This document shows, one piece after another, positions 1 through 8,365 of a stretch of DNA of 36,590 nucleotides. The DNA comes from Kiloniellaceae bacterium. Lineage in GTDB: Bacteria > Pseudomonadota > Alphaproteobacteria > Kiloniellales > J153. How positions within the stretch are numbered: the stretch's first letter is position 1; each line of letters begins with the position of its first letter. The DNA lies in contig JBHIDD010000001.1 of the NCBI GenBank assembly GCA_046759925.1, positions 1 to 36,590 of the forward strand. The letters are read 5' to 3'. A model generated the notes under the pieces. It searched no databases. It was not told the DNA's origin and worked only from the letters and a program-made list of their open reading frames with translations. The position numbers were made by a program, and so were the translations under genes.

Positions 1-114
1 TTCTTGATCCGGCCACGAATGGCCGGGCCAAGATCACTCTGCAACCCCTTAAAAGTCCAGCAGGTTTTGCGAAGCCCGCCCACACGCGGTGTGGACGGAG
101 TTTCGAAAACCTGC
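1..114 (-). repeat. Copy A of a ~130-bp MITE/REP-like palindromic element. It is cut by the window edge and is inverted relative to copies B and C.
   Basis: The reverse complement of 945-1071 aligns to 1-114 base for base by eye, with roughly ten mismatches. The shared core is ttcttgatccggccacgaatggccgggccaagatcactctgc ... gcaggttttgcgaagcccgccc. Copy A ends in ctgcttag, the inverse of the cctaagcag end of copies B and C. Confidence 0.8.
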
Positions 115-894
115 TTAGCCGCCCTGCCCCGCCCCGCCCTTGCGCCCGCTCAAGAGCGCCGAGACGACGCCGTGGAGCGAGCGCAGTTCGGATTCGGTCA
201 AGTCCGCGCGCTGGAACAGGTTGCGCAGGTTCCGCACCATGGCCGGGCGTTTTTCCGGCGGGAAGAAGAAGTTCGCCTCGTCGAGGGCGGCTTCCAAGCG
301 GGCGAAGAAGTTGAGGAGCTCCGCCTTGGGCGCGGGCCCGGCCGCGCCGGTCGCCAGACGGCGGGGCGGCGTCGAATCGCCCGTCTGGTACCACTCGTAG
401 CCGACCAGCAGCACCGCCTGGGCGAGATTGAGCGAGGCGAAGGCCGGATTGAGCGGCACCTCCAGCACAGCGTCGGCAAGCGCAAGGTCGTCGTTGGTCA
501 GCCCCGCGCGCTCGGGCCCGAACAGCACCCCGACCGTCTCGCCGCGCCCGATGGCCGCGCGCATCTCGGCCGCCGCCTGGCGCGGGCTGACCAGGTTCTT
601 GGCCATGCCCCGGGGCCGTGCGGTGGTCGCATAGACCCGCCGCAGGTCGGCAATCGCCTGCGCCGTGGCATCGAACGCCCGGGCGCGCCGGAGCACCGAA
701 TCGGCGCCGGCAGCGGCGGCCTCGGCGGCCGGGTTGGGCCAGCCGTCGCGCGGCCGCACCAGGCGCAGGTCACCGAGCCCGCAGTTCAGCATGGCGCGCG
801 CCACCATGCCGATGTTCTCGCCCAGTTGCGGATCGACGAGGATCATCGCCGGCCCGCCGAGGACCGCCGCCTTCGCCTTGTCGGTCCCGGCCAT
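115..894 (-). CDS. SpoU/TrmH-family RNA 2'-O-methyltransferase (TrmJ-like, group 1)
   Basis: 259-aa ORF with an ATG start at 894. The N-terminus (ILVDPQLGENIGMVARAMLNCGL..LRLV.PR) and C-terminal region (VLFGPERAGL.N..L..AD.V..VP..P.F.SLNLA.AV) match the SpoU methylase pattern. Opposite-strand ORFs are Arg/Pro-rich shadows. Confidence 0.8.
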   Translation of the reverse strand: MAGTDKAKAAVLGGPAMILVDPQLGENIGMVARAMLNCGLGDLRLVRPRDGWPNPAAEAAAAGADSVLRRARAFDATAQAIADLRRVYATTARPRGMAKNLVSPRQAAAEMRAAIGRGETVGVLFGPERAGLTNDDLALADAVLEVPLNPAFASLNLAQAVLLVGYEWYQTGDSTPPRRLATGAAGPAPKAELLNFFARLEAALDEANFFFPPEKRPAMVRNLRNLFQRADLTESELRSLHGVVSALLSGRKGGAGQGG

Positions 895-939
895 GGCGGG
901 GCGCTAGCACGCGAGGAACCGCCACGGCCGCGCCACGGC

Positions 940-1072
940 CGTAGGCAGGTTTTCGAAACTCCGCCCACAGCGCGTGCGGGCGGGCTTCGCAAAACCTGCC
1001 GGACTTCTAGGCGCTCGCAGAGTGATCTTGGCCCGGCCATTCGTGGCCGGATCAAGAACACTCTGCTTAGGC
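940..1072 (+). repeat. Copy B (complete) of the ~130-bp MITE/REP-like element
   Basis: Near-identical to 28039-28141 and to the reverse complement of 1-114. It has internal long imperfect hairpins (gcaggttttcgaaactccgcccac / gtgcgggcgggcttcgcaaaacctgc and ccggccattcgtggccgg) and short terminal inverted ends (cgtaggcag ... ctgcttagg). It lies in the intergenic gap between the cimA stop and the trmJ-like start. Confidence 0.8.
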
Positions 1073-1109
1073 GGCGGCGGATCGAGCGCGACGCAACCGG
1101 GTCCGGCGC

Positions 1110-2720
1110 TCATGTTCGCGGCTCCGGGATCCGCGCCCCCTCCTGCATCAGCTTCCAGGTGATGCCGTCGTGGAGCGCGTTGAAGGAGGCGTCGATGATG
1201 TTGGTGGAGACCCCCACCGTGGTCCAGCGCCGCCCGGTGCCATCCGTGCTTTCGATCATCACGCGGGTGACCGCCGCGGTGCCCGCCTGGGGGGTCAAGA
1301 TGCGGACCTTGTAGTCGGTGAGCCGCATGTCCTCGAGCTGCGGGTAGAGCGGCACCAGCGCCTTGCGGATCGCCCTGTCGAGGGCGTGCACCGGGCCGTT
1401 GCCGTTGGCCACCTCCATGAACGCCTGGCCGCCGACCTCCAGGGTCACGGTCGCCTCGGACTCGGTCACCAGTTCGCCCCGCGCGTTCCAGCGGCGGTCG
1501 TCCATGATGCGGAACCGGGTCAGTTTGAAATAGTGCGGCACGCCGCCGAGCGCCCGCCGGGCGAGCAACTCGAAGCTGGCCTCGGCGCCGTCGTAGGCAT
1601 AGCCCTCGAACTCGCGCGCCTTGACCTGCTCGATGAGCGCGGCGAGCCTGCTGTCCTCGACGGCCACGTCGATGTCGAGTTCCCGAAACCGCGCCAGGAT
1701 GTTCGAGCGACCGGCCTGGTCCGAGACCACGATGTGGCGCCGGTTGCCGACCCTGGCCGGATCGACGTGCTCGTAGGTGCGCGGGTCCTTCTGCACCGCC
1801 GAGACGTGCAGGCCCCCCTTGTGGGCGAACGCGCTGTCGCCGACGTAAGGGGCGTTGCGGGCCGGAGCGCGGTTCAGGCGCTCGTCCAGCAGGTGCGAGA
1901 CGTTGGTGAGCTGCGCGAGCTTTTCCTCCGAGAGGCCGATCGTAAAATCGGTCTTGAGCATGAGCGTCGGGATCAGCGAGACCAGATTGGCGTTGCCGCA
2001 GCGCTCGCCCAGGCCGTTGAGGGTGCCCTGGATCTGGCGCGCGCCGGCTCCGACGGCGGCCAGCGAGTTGGCGACCGCGTTCTCGGTGTCGTTGTGGCAG
2101 TGGATGCCGAGGCGGCGGCCCGGGATCCGTTCGGCCACCGCGCCGACGATGCGCTCGACCTCGTCCGGCAGGGCGCCCCCGTTGGTATCGCAGAGCACGA
2201 TCCAGCGGGCGCCGGCCTCGTAGGCCGCCTGCAGGCAGTCCAGCGCATAAGTCGGGTTCGCCTTGAATCCGTCGAAGAAGTGCTCGGCGTCGAAGATCAC
2301 CTCGGACTTGCGCTCACCCGCGTGGGCCACGCTGTCGCGGATCATCTCGATGTTCTCGGCGCGCGGGATGCCGAGCGCCACGTCGACGTGAAAGTCCCAG
2401 GCCTTGCCGACCATGCAGACCACCTCCGTCTTGGCGTCGAGCAGCATGGCCAGGCCCGGATCGTTGGCGGCGCTGCGCCCGGGCCTGCGGGTCATGCCGA
2501 AGGCGACCAAGCGCGCGGTGCGGAAGTCCGGCGGCGCCGCGAAGAAGGCGTCGTCGGTGGGGTTCGCCCCGGGCCAGCCGCCTTCGATGTAATCGAGGCC
2601 CAAGCGGTCGAGCGCCTCGGAGATGGCGATCTTATCCGCCACCGCGAAGTCGACGCCCCGGGTCTGCGCCCCGTCGCGCAGGGTCGAATCGAAGAGATAG
2701 ATCCGCTTGTCGTCGGCCAT
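1110..2720 (-). CDS. cimA: Citramalate synthase / LeuA-related 2-alkylmalate synthase
   Basis: The translation starts MADDKRIYLFDSTLRDGAQTRGVDFAVADKIAISEALDRLGLDYIEGGWPGANPTDDAFF, with HCHNDTENAVANSLAAV and a C-terminal LeuA-dimer-like region. This is typical of the ~530-aa CimA subgroup. The start is set at the first ATG (2720); the track start at 2786 is a TTG with a non-homologous extension. Confidence 0.8.
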   Translation of the reverse strand: MADDKRIYLFDSTLRDGAQTRGVDFAVADKIAISEALDRLGLDYIEGGWPGANPTDDAFFAAPPDFRTARLVAFGMTRRPGRSAANDPGLAMLLDAKTEVVCMVGKAWDFHVDVALGIPRAENIEMIRDSVAHAGERKSEVIFDAEHFFDGFKANPTYALDCLQAAYEAGARWIVLCDTNGGALPDEVERIVGAVAERIPGRRLGIHCHNDTENAVANSLAAVGAGARQIQGTLNGLGERCGNANLVSLIPTLMLKTDFTIGLSEEKLAQLTNVSHLLDERLNRAPARNAPYVGDSAFAHKGGLHVSAVQKDPRTYEHVDPARVGNRRHIVVSDQAGRSNILARFRELDIDVAVEDSRLAALIEQVKAREFEGYAYDGAEASFELLARRALGGVPHYFKLTRFRIMDDRRWNARGELVTESEATVTLEVGGQAFMEVANGNGPVHALDRAIRKALVPLYPQLEDMRLTDYKVRILTPQAGTAAVTRVMIESTDGTGRRWTTVGVSTNIIDASFNALHDGITWKLMQEGARIPEPRT

Positions 2721-2869
2721 CGTAGGATTTGCTGCCACAGAGACACCGAAGCCCAGAGAACTGGCACAGAGGTCTTGGGATTTCAAATGTAATCCCGGTA
2801 GGTCTCCGTGTCTCTACGCCCCTGTCGCCGACGCGCCAAAGCCGCTTTGGCGACGGCGCGTGGTTCCGA

Positions 2870-4285
2870 TTACGCCCGCCTCCAGGTGGTGCCCTTCGCG
2901 CCGTCCTCCAGGGCGATGCCGCGGGCCGCCAACTCGGCGCGGATGCGGTCGGCCTCGGCGAAGTTGCGCGCTTTCCGCGCCGCGTCGCGCTTGGCGATCA
3001 GCCGTTCGATCTCGGCCGCGTCGGCACGGTCCTCGGCCCCGCCCTTGAGCCAGGCCTCCGGGTCCTTGTCGAGCAGGCCGAGGAGGGCGCCGCCTCCCAG
3101 GAGTCTGCTCTTGTCCGGTTCCGATTCGGCAGCCCGGCCCCCTTTTTCCATTTTCTTATTGAGGCTATCCAGAATTTCATGGAGCCGCGAGATGGCCAAA
3201 GGGGTGTTCAGATCATCGCAGAGCGCTTCGACAACACTTGCGGGCGGCGTGGGCCTTGCTTCCGATTCGATGCGCCTTAGCTTTGCCAACGCGATGTAAA
3301 AACGGTCGAGCTGGGCCTTCGAGTCCTTCAGCTTGTCGCGCGTGAAGTCGAGCGGCTGGCGGTAGTGCGCGGTGAGCAGCGTGAAACGGATCGCTTCGCC
3401 TTTCTTGTAGTTTTCGGCCCCCCAATCGTCTTCCTCCAAGAGCTGGCGCACGGTGAAGAAGTTGCCCAAGGATTTGGACATCTTCTCGCCCTCGACCACC
3501 ACGTAGCCGTTGTGCATCCAGAGGCGCACGAACTCCTTGCCGTGGGCGCAGACCGACTGGGCGATCTCGTTTTCGTGGTGCGGGAAAATGAGGTCCGCGC
3601 CGCCGCCGTGGATGTCGAAGGTCTCGCCCAGGTGCACGGCGGCCATGGCCGAGCACTCGATGTGCCAGCCGGGCCGGCCCCGGCCCCAGGGGCTCGCCCA
3701 GCCGGGCTGGTCGGGATCGCTCGGCTTCCACAGCACGAAGTCGGCCGGGTCCCGCTTGTAGGGCGCCACCTCGACCCGGGCGCCGGCGATCATCTCGTCC
3801 CGGTCGCGCCGCGAGAGTTTCCCGTAGTCGGGCGCAGACGGCACCGAGAACAGCACATGGCCCTCGGCCTGGTAGGCGTGGCCCCGGTCGATCAACTGTT
3901 GGATCATGGCGATCATCCGGTCGATGTGCCCGGTCGCGCGCGGCTCGATCGAGGGTTCGAGCGCGCCCAAGGCCGCCATGTCCTCGTGGAAGGCCCGGGT
4001 CGTGCGGGCGGTCAGGCGATCGATCGGCTCGCCGGTTTCCTTGGCCGCGGCGATGATCTTGTCGTCCAGGTCGGTGATGTTGCGCGCGTAGGTGACGTGG
4101 CCCGGCCCGTAGACGTGGCGGAGCAGGCGGAACAGCACGTCGAAGACGACGACGGGCCGCGCATTGCCGATGTGCGCGACATCGTAGACCGTCGGCCCGC
4201 AGACGTAGAGCCGCACGTTGCCGGGATCGAGCGGCGTAAACGGCGCCTTCTCGCGGCTGAGCGTATTGTAAAGCTGGATCGTCAC
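2870..4285 (-). CDS. cysS: Cysteine--tRNA ligase
   Basis: 471 aa, starting MTIQLYNTLSREKAPFTPLDPGNVRLYVCGPTVYDVAHIGNARP. It has a HIGH-like motif and a KMSKSLGNFF (KMSKS) motif. Length and colinearity fit class I CysRS. Confidence 0.95.
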   Translation of the reverse strand: MTIQLYNTLSREKAPFTPLDPGNVRLYVCGPTVYDVAHIGNARPVVVFDVLFRLLRHVYGPGHVTYARNITDLDDKIIAAAKETGEPIDRLTARTTRAFHEDMAALGALEPSIEPRATGHIDRMIAMIQQLIDRGHAYQAEGHVLFSVPSAPDYGKLSRRDRDEMIAGARVEVAPYKRDPADFVLWKPSDPDQPGWASPWGRGRPGWHIECSAMAAVHLGETFDIHGGGADLIFPHHENEIAQSVCAHGKEFVRLWMHNGYVVVEGEKMSKSLGNFFTVRQLLEEDDWGAENYKKGEAIRFTLLTAHYRQPLDFTRDKLKDSKAQLDRFYIALAKLRRIESEARPTPPASVVEALCDDLNTPLAISRLHEILDSLNKKMEKGGRAAESEPDKSRLLGGGALLGLLDKDPEAWLKGGAEDRADAAEIERLIAKRDAARKARNFAEADRIRAELAARGIALEDGAKGTTWRRA

Positions 4286-4575
4286 GGTGCGGCTCGGTCT
4301 CTGCTGATCGTGGACGGCTGCTCACCCCCGTCGACCCCTCCCGCCGGGCGAAAGGGGCCAAGCCACTGATATGAAAAACATATTCCCGCCCGCCTTGGGG
4401 CAGACGGCCGGGCCGGGGAGTCTATCGCCACACTCTCTAATGCGGTGTTAACGGCTGAATTCGCGCGCGGTTACTCCCCGGCGCCCGGCCTTGCGCCCTA
4501 AGCGCGGCCGACAAGCGGTAGCAAATCTTTGAGTTCCGGTCCATGGTCGCGCCCGGTCAGCGAGCCGTGCGCCGC

Positions 4576-4604
4576 TTGACGCGTGTAATGTTACACACTA
4601 CAAC
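4576..4604 (+). promoter_or_regulatory. Putative sigma70-type promoter of higBA with an embedded operator palindrome
   Basis: TTGACG (4576-4581), a 17-nt spacer and TACAAC (4599-4604). The spacer contains the perfect inverted repeat GTGTAA-TG-TTACAC (4583-4596). The higB ATG at 4610 lies about where the transcript would start. Confidence 0.5.
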
Positions 4605-4609
4605 CTCAC

Positions 4610-4888
4610 ATGATCGGGTCGTTCCGGCATCGTGGGCTGAAGCGCCTATTCGAGCACGGCGACCGGAGCCGGATTCGGCCCGATCTGGCGAGCAGGGTTG
4701 AAACCATTTTGTCTCGCCTCGATGTCGCCCAACGGATTCAGGATATGAGCGTTCACAGTTATCGGCTCCACCCGTTAAGAGGCGACCTCACAGGCTTCTG
4801 GAGCGTGACTGTCTCAGGCAACTGGCGGATCATCTTTCGCTTCGAGGACGGCAACGCGTTCGATGTCGATTTGGTGGACTACCATTAG
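4610..4888 (+). CDS. higB: HigB-type (RelE/ParE superfamily) mRNA interferase toxin
   Basis: 92 aa: MIGSFRHRGLKRLFE......YRLHPLRGDLTGFWSVTVSGNWRIIFRFEDGNAFDVDLVDYH. It matches the plasmid-maintenance killer protein (HigB) pattern end to end. The toxin-first order is typical of higBA. Confidence 0.9.
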   Translation: MIGSFRHRGLKRLFEHGDRSRIRPDLASRVETILSRLDVAQRIQDMSVHSYRLHPLRGDLTGFWSVTVSGNWRIIFRFEDGNAFDVDLVDYH

Positions 4889-4900
4889 GGAATTCGAAGG

Positions 4901-5188
4901 ATGCCGATGAAGAACCCGCCGCACCCCGGCCGCGCCATCAAATACGACTGCCTCGAACCGCTCGGTTTGACCGTCACCGAGGCCGCGAAGGTCCTGGGCA
5001 TCGCGCGGCCGACCCTGTCCAACGTGATCAACGGCAGGGCTGGCATTTCGCCGGAGATGGCGATCCGCCTGGAGAAGGCCTTCGGGAGTACGGCGGACGC
5101 CTGGCTGCGCATGCAGGCCGCCTACGACCTCGCCCAGGCCCGCCGGCGCGAGAAGCAGATCAAGGTGGCGCGCTACCAGCCCGCGTGA
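4901..5188 (+). CDS. higA: HigA-family antitoxin (XRE-type HTH)
   Basis: 95 aa containing [70 protein letters not shown], the canonical HigA antidote HTH. It starts 12 nt after the higB stop. Confidence 0.9.
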   Translation: MPMKNPPHPGRAIKYDCLEPLGLTVTEAAKVLGIARPTLSNVINGRAGISPEMAIRLEKAFGSTADAWLRMQAAYDLAQARRREKQIKVARYQPA

Positions 5189-5322
5189 CCTGCGAGCCGC
5201 CGGGAGCTTGCGGAACCGGTTGACGGGCGCCATACGGGCGTTGCGGATATGCCTGAACCCCGTCGGGCCCGGCGCGAAGCGGGCTATGACCGGAGAGTCG
5301 GGCACTTTCGCATCGGCAACGT

Positions 5323-7011
5323 TCAAAGCGGCCCCTTGAACGCGTTGGTGATGGGATAGCGCCGGTCGCGGCCGAAGGCGCGGCGGGTGATCTTGACGCC
5401 GGGGGCGGCTTGGCGGCGCTTGTACTCGGCGCCATCCAGCATGCGCCAGACGAGCTCGACCCGCGCGCGGTCGTGGCCGCGGGCGACGATCTCGGCCACC
5501 CCCATCTCCTCCTCGATCAGGCATTCGAGGATGTCGTCGAGCGCCTCGTAGGGCGGGAGCAAGTCCTGGTCTCTCTGGTTCGGCTTGAGTTCCGCCGAGG
5601 GCGCCTTCGTGAGGATTCGTTCCGGGATGACGCGCCCCGCGGGACCTTGTGCGCCCTTGGGCAGCGCCTGGTTGCGCCAGCGGGCGAGCTTGTAGACCGT
5701 CGTCTTGTAGACGTCCTTCAGCACGTTGAAGCCGCCGGCCATGTCGCCGTAAAGCGTGGCGTAGCCTACCGACATCTCCGACTTGTTGCCGGTGGACAGC
5801 ACCATGTAGCCCAGCTTGTTGCTGATCGCCATGAGCGTGATGCCGCGCGCGCGGGCCTGGACGTTCTCCTCGGTGGCATCGGCCGGCCGCGCGTCGAAGA
5901 TCGGCTTAAGCATGCCCTCGAAGGCGTCCATCGCGGGTTCGATGCCGACCCGGTCGAGGCGCACGCCGAGCAGCTCCGCCACCGCGGCGGCATCGGCCAG
6001 GCTCTCGGCGCTGGTGTAGGGCGAGGGCATCATCACGCAGCGGACCCGCGCGGGCCCCAGGGCATCGACGGCGAGCGCCGCGGACAGCGCCGAATCGATG
6101 CCGCCGGACAGGCCCAGGATCACGCCGGGGAAGCGGTTCTTGTCGACGTAGTCGCGCAGGCCCAGGGTGAGCGCGCCGTAGACCGGCTCCATGCCCACCT
6201 CGGGCGGCTCGAGCGCCGCCTCGCCGCACGCCCAGATCTCGTCGTCGCCGCGCCGCCAGCGGGTCGTGACCAGGGCCTCGCGGAACACCGGTAGCTGGGC
6301 GCGCAGCCGGCATTCGGCATCGAGCACGAAGGAGCCGCCGTCGAAGACCAGCTCGTCCTGGCCGCCCACCTGGTTGACGTAGATGAGCGGAAGCCCGGTC
6401 TCCGTCACCCGGGCGACCCCGGTCTGGAGCCTCAGGTCGGCCTTGTCCATCTCGTAGGGGCTGCTGTTCAGGACGACCAGGATCTCGGCGCGCGATTCCT
6501 CCAGGCACTCGCAGACCTCCGGGGTCCACATGTCCTCGCAGACGAGCACCCCCAAGCGCACGCCGCGGAAGTTCATCGGCCCGGGCAAGGGCCCCGCCTT
6601 GAAGACCCGCTTCTCGTCGAACACGCTGTAGTTGGGCAGGTCGTACTTGTCGCGCACCGCCTTGATCTCGCCGCCGTCGAGCAGCACGGCGGCGTTGGCG
6701 ACATGGTGGCGCAGCGGGCCCGCGCGGCCGGAATCCGCCAACCAGGGCGCGCCGACGATGACCCCCGGCCCGCCGTCGGCGGTGTCCTTGGCCAGGGCGT
6801 CCACCGCCCGGCGCGCGGCGTCGAGGAACACGGGTTTTAGGACCAGGTCTTCCGGCGGGTAACCGGTCATGCAGAGCTCGGTGGCGACCACCAGATCGGC
6901 GCCCTCCTCCGCGGCCTCGGCCCGGCGCGCGCGGATGAGCTCGAGATTCCCGTGGGCGTCGCCGACGACGGGGTTGATCTGGGCCAGCGCGATGTTGAGC
7001 CGATCCGTCAT
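5323..7011 (-). CDS. nadE: Glutamine-dependent NAD+ synthetase (N-terminal CN-hydrolase domain plus NAD synthetase domain)
   Basis: 562 aa. The N-terminal nitrilase-like region (LNIALAQINPVVGD...ELCMTGYPPEDL...VCEDMW) is followed by the ATP-PPase motif GLSGGIDSAL. Confidence 0.9.
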   Translation of the reverse strand: MTDRLNIALAQINPVVGDAHGNLELIRARRAEAAEEGADLVVATELCMTGYPPEDLVLKPVFLDAARRAVDALAKDTADGGPGVIVGAPWLADSGRAGPLRHHVANAAVLLDGGEIKAVRDKYDLPNYSVFDEKRVFKAGPLPGPMNFRGVRLGVLVCEDMWTPEVCECLEESRAEILVVLNSSPYEMDKADLRLQTGVARVTETGLPLIYVNQVGGQDELVFDGGSFVLDAECRLRAQLPVFREALVTTRWRRGDDEIWACGEAALEPPEVGMEPVYGALTLGLRDYVDKNRFPGVILGLSGGIDSALSAALAVDALGPARVRCVMMPSPYTSAESLADAAAVAELLGVRLDRVGIEPAMDAFEGMLKPIFDARPADATEENVQARARGITLMAISNKLGYMVLSTGNKSEMSVGYATLYGDMAGGFNVLKDVYKTTVYKLARWRNQALPKGAQGPAGRVIPERILTKAPSAELKPNQRDQDLLPPYEALDDILECLIEEEMGVAEIVARGHDRARVELVWRMLDGAEYKRRQAAPGVKITRRAFGRDRRYPITNAFKGPL

Positions 7012-7090
7012 ACCCGGTTACTTACTCCCGCGGCGAAGGCGCGGCAAGATGGCCGCCGGCGAAGCGATTCGTCCTTGCCGGAACCGCACC

Positions 7091-7159
7091 GGGACCTCAC
7101 CCTTCGACAGGCTTGAGGCATGAGGTCCTCATGCTGAGCTTGTCGAAGGGTGAGGTCCC
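7091..7159. repeat. Nested palindromic (REP-like) intergenic element
   Basis: gggacctcacccttcgacaggct ... agcttgtcgaagggtgaggtccc forms ~23-bp arms with one mismatch, enclosing a second palindrome, gcatgagg-t-cctcatgc. It lies between the stop of the NAPRTase-like gene and the start of nadE. Confidence 0.75.
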
Positions 7160-7198
7160 CTTTCCAGGCCCAACCAACGAAACCGGTAGATCGCGGCC

Positions 7199-8365
7199 CT
7201 ATTTTTTCCGCAGCAAAAACTCGCGGCCGATCTTGACCCGGGGCGCGCCGTCGTAATCGACGATATCGGCGGTGGCATAGGTTTCCGGCCAGTCCTCGGG
7301 CAGGTAGCTGCCGGTGCCGATCACGTCGATCGGCGCGTTGGCTTCGGCCATCAGCCGGCACTTGGCCGGGCCGAAGCCGGAGGAGGCCACGATCTTGACC
7401 TTGTCGAAGCCTTCCCGGTTGAGCGCCTCGCGAAGCGCCCAGATCGCCGCGGCGGAAACCCCGGGGCCGACCAGATAGCGCAGCTCCGACTCGCTGCGGT
7501 AGCCGCGCACCGCCTGGGGCGCGTTGCGTTCCAGCACCGCGTAGGAGGCCGGCGGATCGAGCCCCTCGATGAAGCGGCTGCCCGGGGCATCGAGACGCAC
7601 CGAAAGCCGGCCCTCGGCCGCCCGCCGGGGGAAGCGCCGGCAGACCGTGAGCGCGTCGGTCACCTCGCGGGCGAAGTAGTCGATCAGCACGGTCATCGGC
7701 TCGTCCGGGAAGCATTCGTCGAACATCTCGGCGGCGCGCAAGGTCGAGCCGGCGTAGCCGATCAGCGCGTGCGGCATGGTGCCCTTGCCGCCCTCCTGGC
7801 CGAAGTAGTGGGCGGTGGCATCGGTCGCATTGGCGATGAAGCCGACCGCGCCGACCTTGCGCTTGGCCCGCTTCGAGCCGACCGCGGCGGCGTAGGCCAT
7901 GGCCTCCGCCATCTCGGCGCCGGCGCAGTGGCGCGCATCCATCGCCAGGAAGGCGACATGCGGCAGATCGGCGCACATGGTATAGGCGTTGTAAGCGGCC
8001 ACGCAGGGCGGGCCCAGCTTCTGCAGCAGGATGGTCTCGAGATCGACCAGGTGATAGAGCGGCCCGGCGACGTAGAGGATCGGCTCGCCGGCGCCGACCC
8101 AGCGGCCCTCCTCGTAGCGCAGGTCGATCTCGAAGCGCGCGTTCCGCTGCACCGCCATCCGCTCCAGCCACTCGATGGCAAGGCGCGGCGCCGAGACCAC
8201 CGGCCGGCGCATGAACAGGGCATAGGTGACGATTGAATCGCCGAAGCGGCCGACCACCTCCTTGGTCCGCCGGAAGTAGTGATCGGTCCAGTCGGCGATG
8301 TCCGGCTCCTCGACCGGCCAGGCATCGACCGAGAAGACTTTGGGTTTCATGCCCTCAGCGGCCAT
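7199..8365 (-). CDS. Nicotinate phosphoribosyltransferase-family protein (type II PRTase, archaeal-like short form)
   Basis: It contains GTMPHALIGY and VLIDYF, and resembles the ~390-aa NAPRTase family overall. The start is set at ATG 8365, which is preceded by GGGAGA 7 nt upstream. ATG 8350 is an alternative. The track start at 8485 adds a non-homologous extension. Confidence 0.7.
   Translation of the reverse strand: MAAEGMKPKVFSVDAWPVEEPDIADWTDHYFRRTKEVVGRFGDSIVTYALFMRRPVVSAPRLAIEWLERMAVQRNARFEIDLRYEEGRWVGAGEPILYVAGPLYHLVDLETILLQKLGPPCVAAYNAYTMCADLPHVAFLAMDARHCAGAEMAEAMAYAAAVGSKRAKRKVGAVGFIANATDATAHYFGQEGGKGTMPHALIGYAGSTLRAAEMFDECFPDEPMTVLIDYFAREVTDALTVCRRFPRRAAEGRLSVRLDAPGSRFIEGLDPPASYAVLERNAPQAVRGYRSESELRYLVGPGVSAAAIWALREALNREGFDKVKIVASSGFGPAKCRLMAEANAPIDVIGTGSYLPEDWPETYATADIVDYDGAPRVKIGREFLLRKK

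Noticed and set aside
1-1072. The conserved peptide (F)LIRPRMAGPRSLC..L.V.QVLRSPP.R appears in three track ORFs (4-1314, 843-1061 and 27262-28185)
   Set aside because: The conservation comes from nucleotide identity of the dispersed ~130-bp repeat. The differences between copies are not biased toward synonymous changes. The segments lie in intergenic positions or are embedded in shadow ORFs. I treat the sequence as a non-coding repeat.
4-2792. Long plus-strand ORFs 4-1314 (436 aa) and 1170-2792 (540 aa)
   Set aside because: They are antisense to the trmJ-like and cimA genes. Composition is heavily Arg/Gly/Pro/Ala-biased, and there are no family motifs. The opposite-strand genes are clearly homologous to known families.
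3213-4369. ORFs 3213-4361 (-, 382 aa) and 3365-4369 (+, 334 aa), which overlap cysS
   Set aside because: They are out-of-frame or antisense shadows of cysS. The Arg/Pro-rich translations contrast with the canonical CysRS motifs in the 471-aa frame.
7008-8325. ORFs 7008-8171 (-, 387 aa) and 7762-8325 (-, 187 aa), which overlap the NAPRTase-like gene
   Set aside because: They are alternative frames of the same strand, with extreme Arg/Gly/Pro content. The 7199-8365 frame carries the GTMPHAL and LIDYF family motifs.
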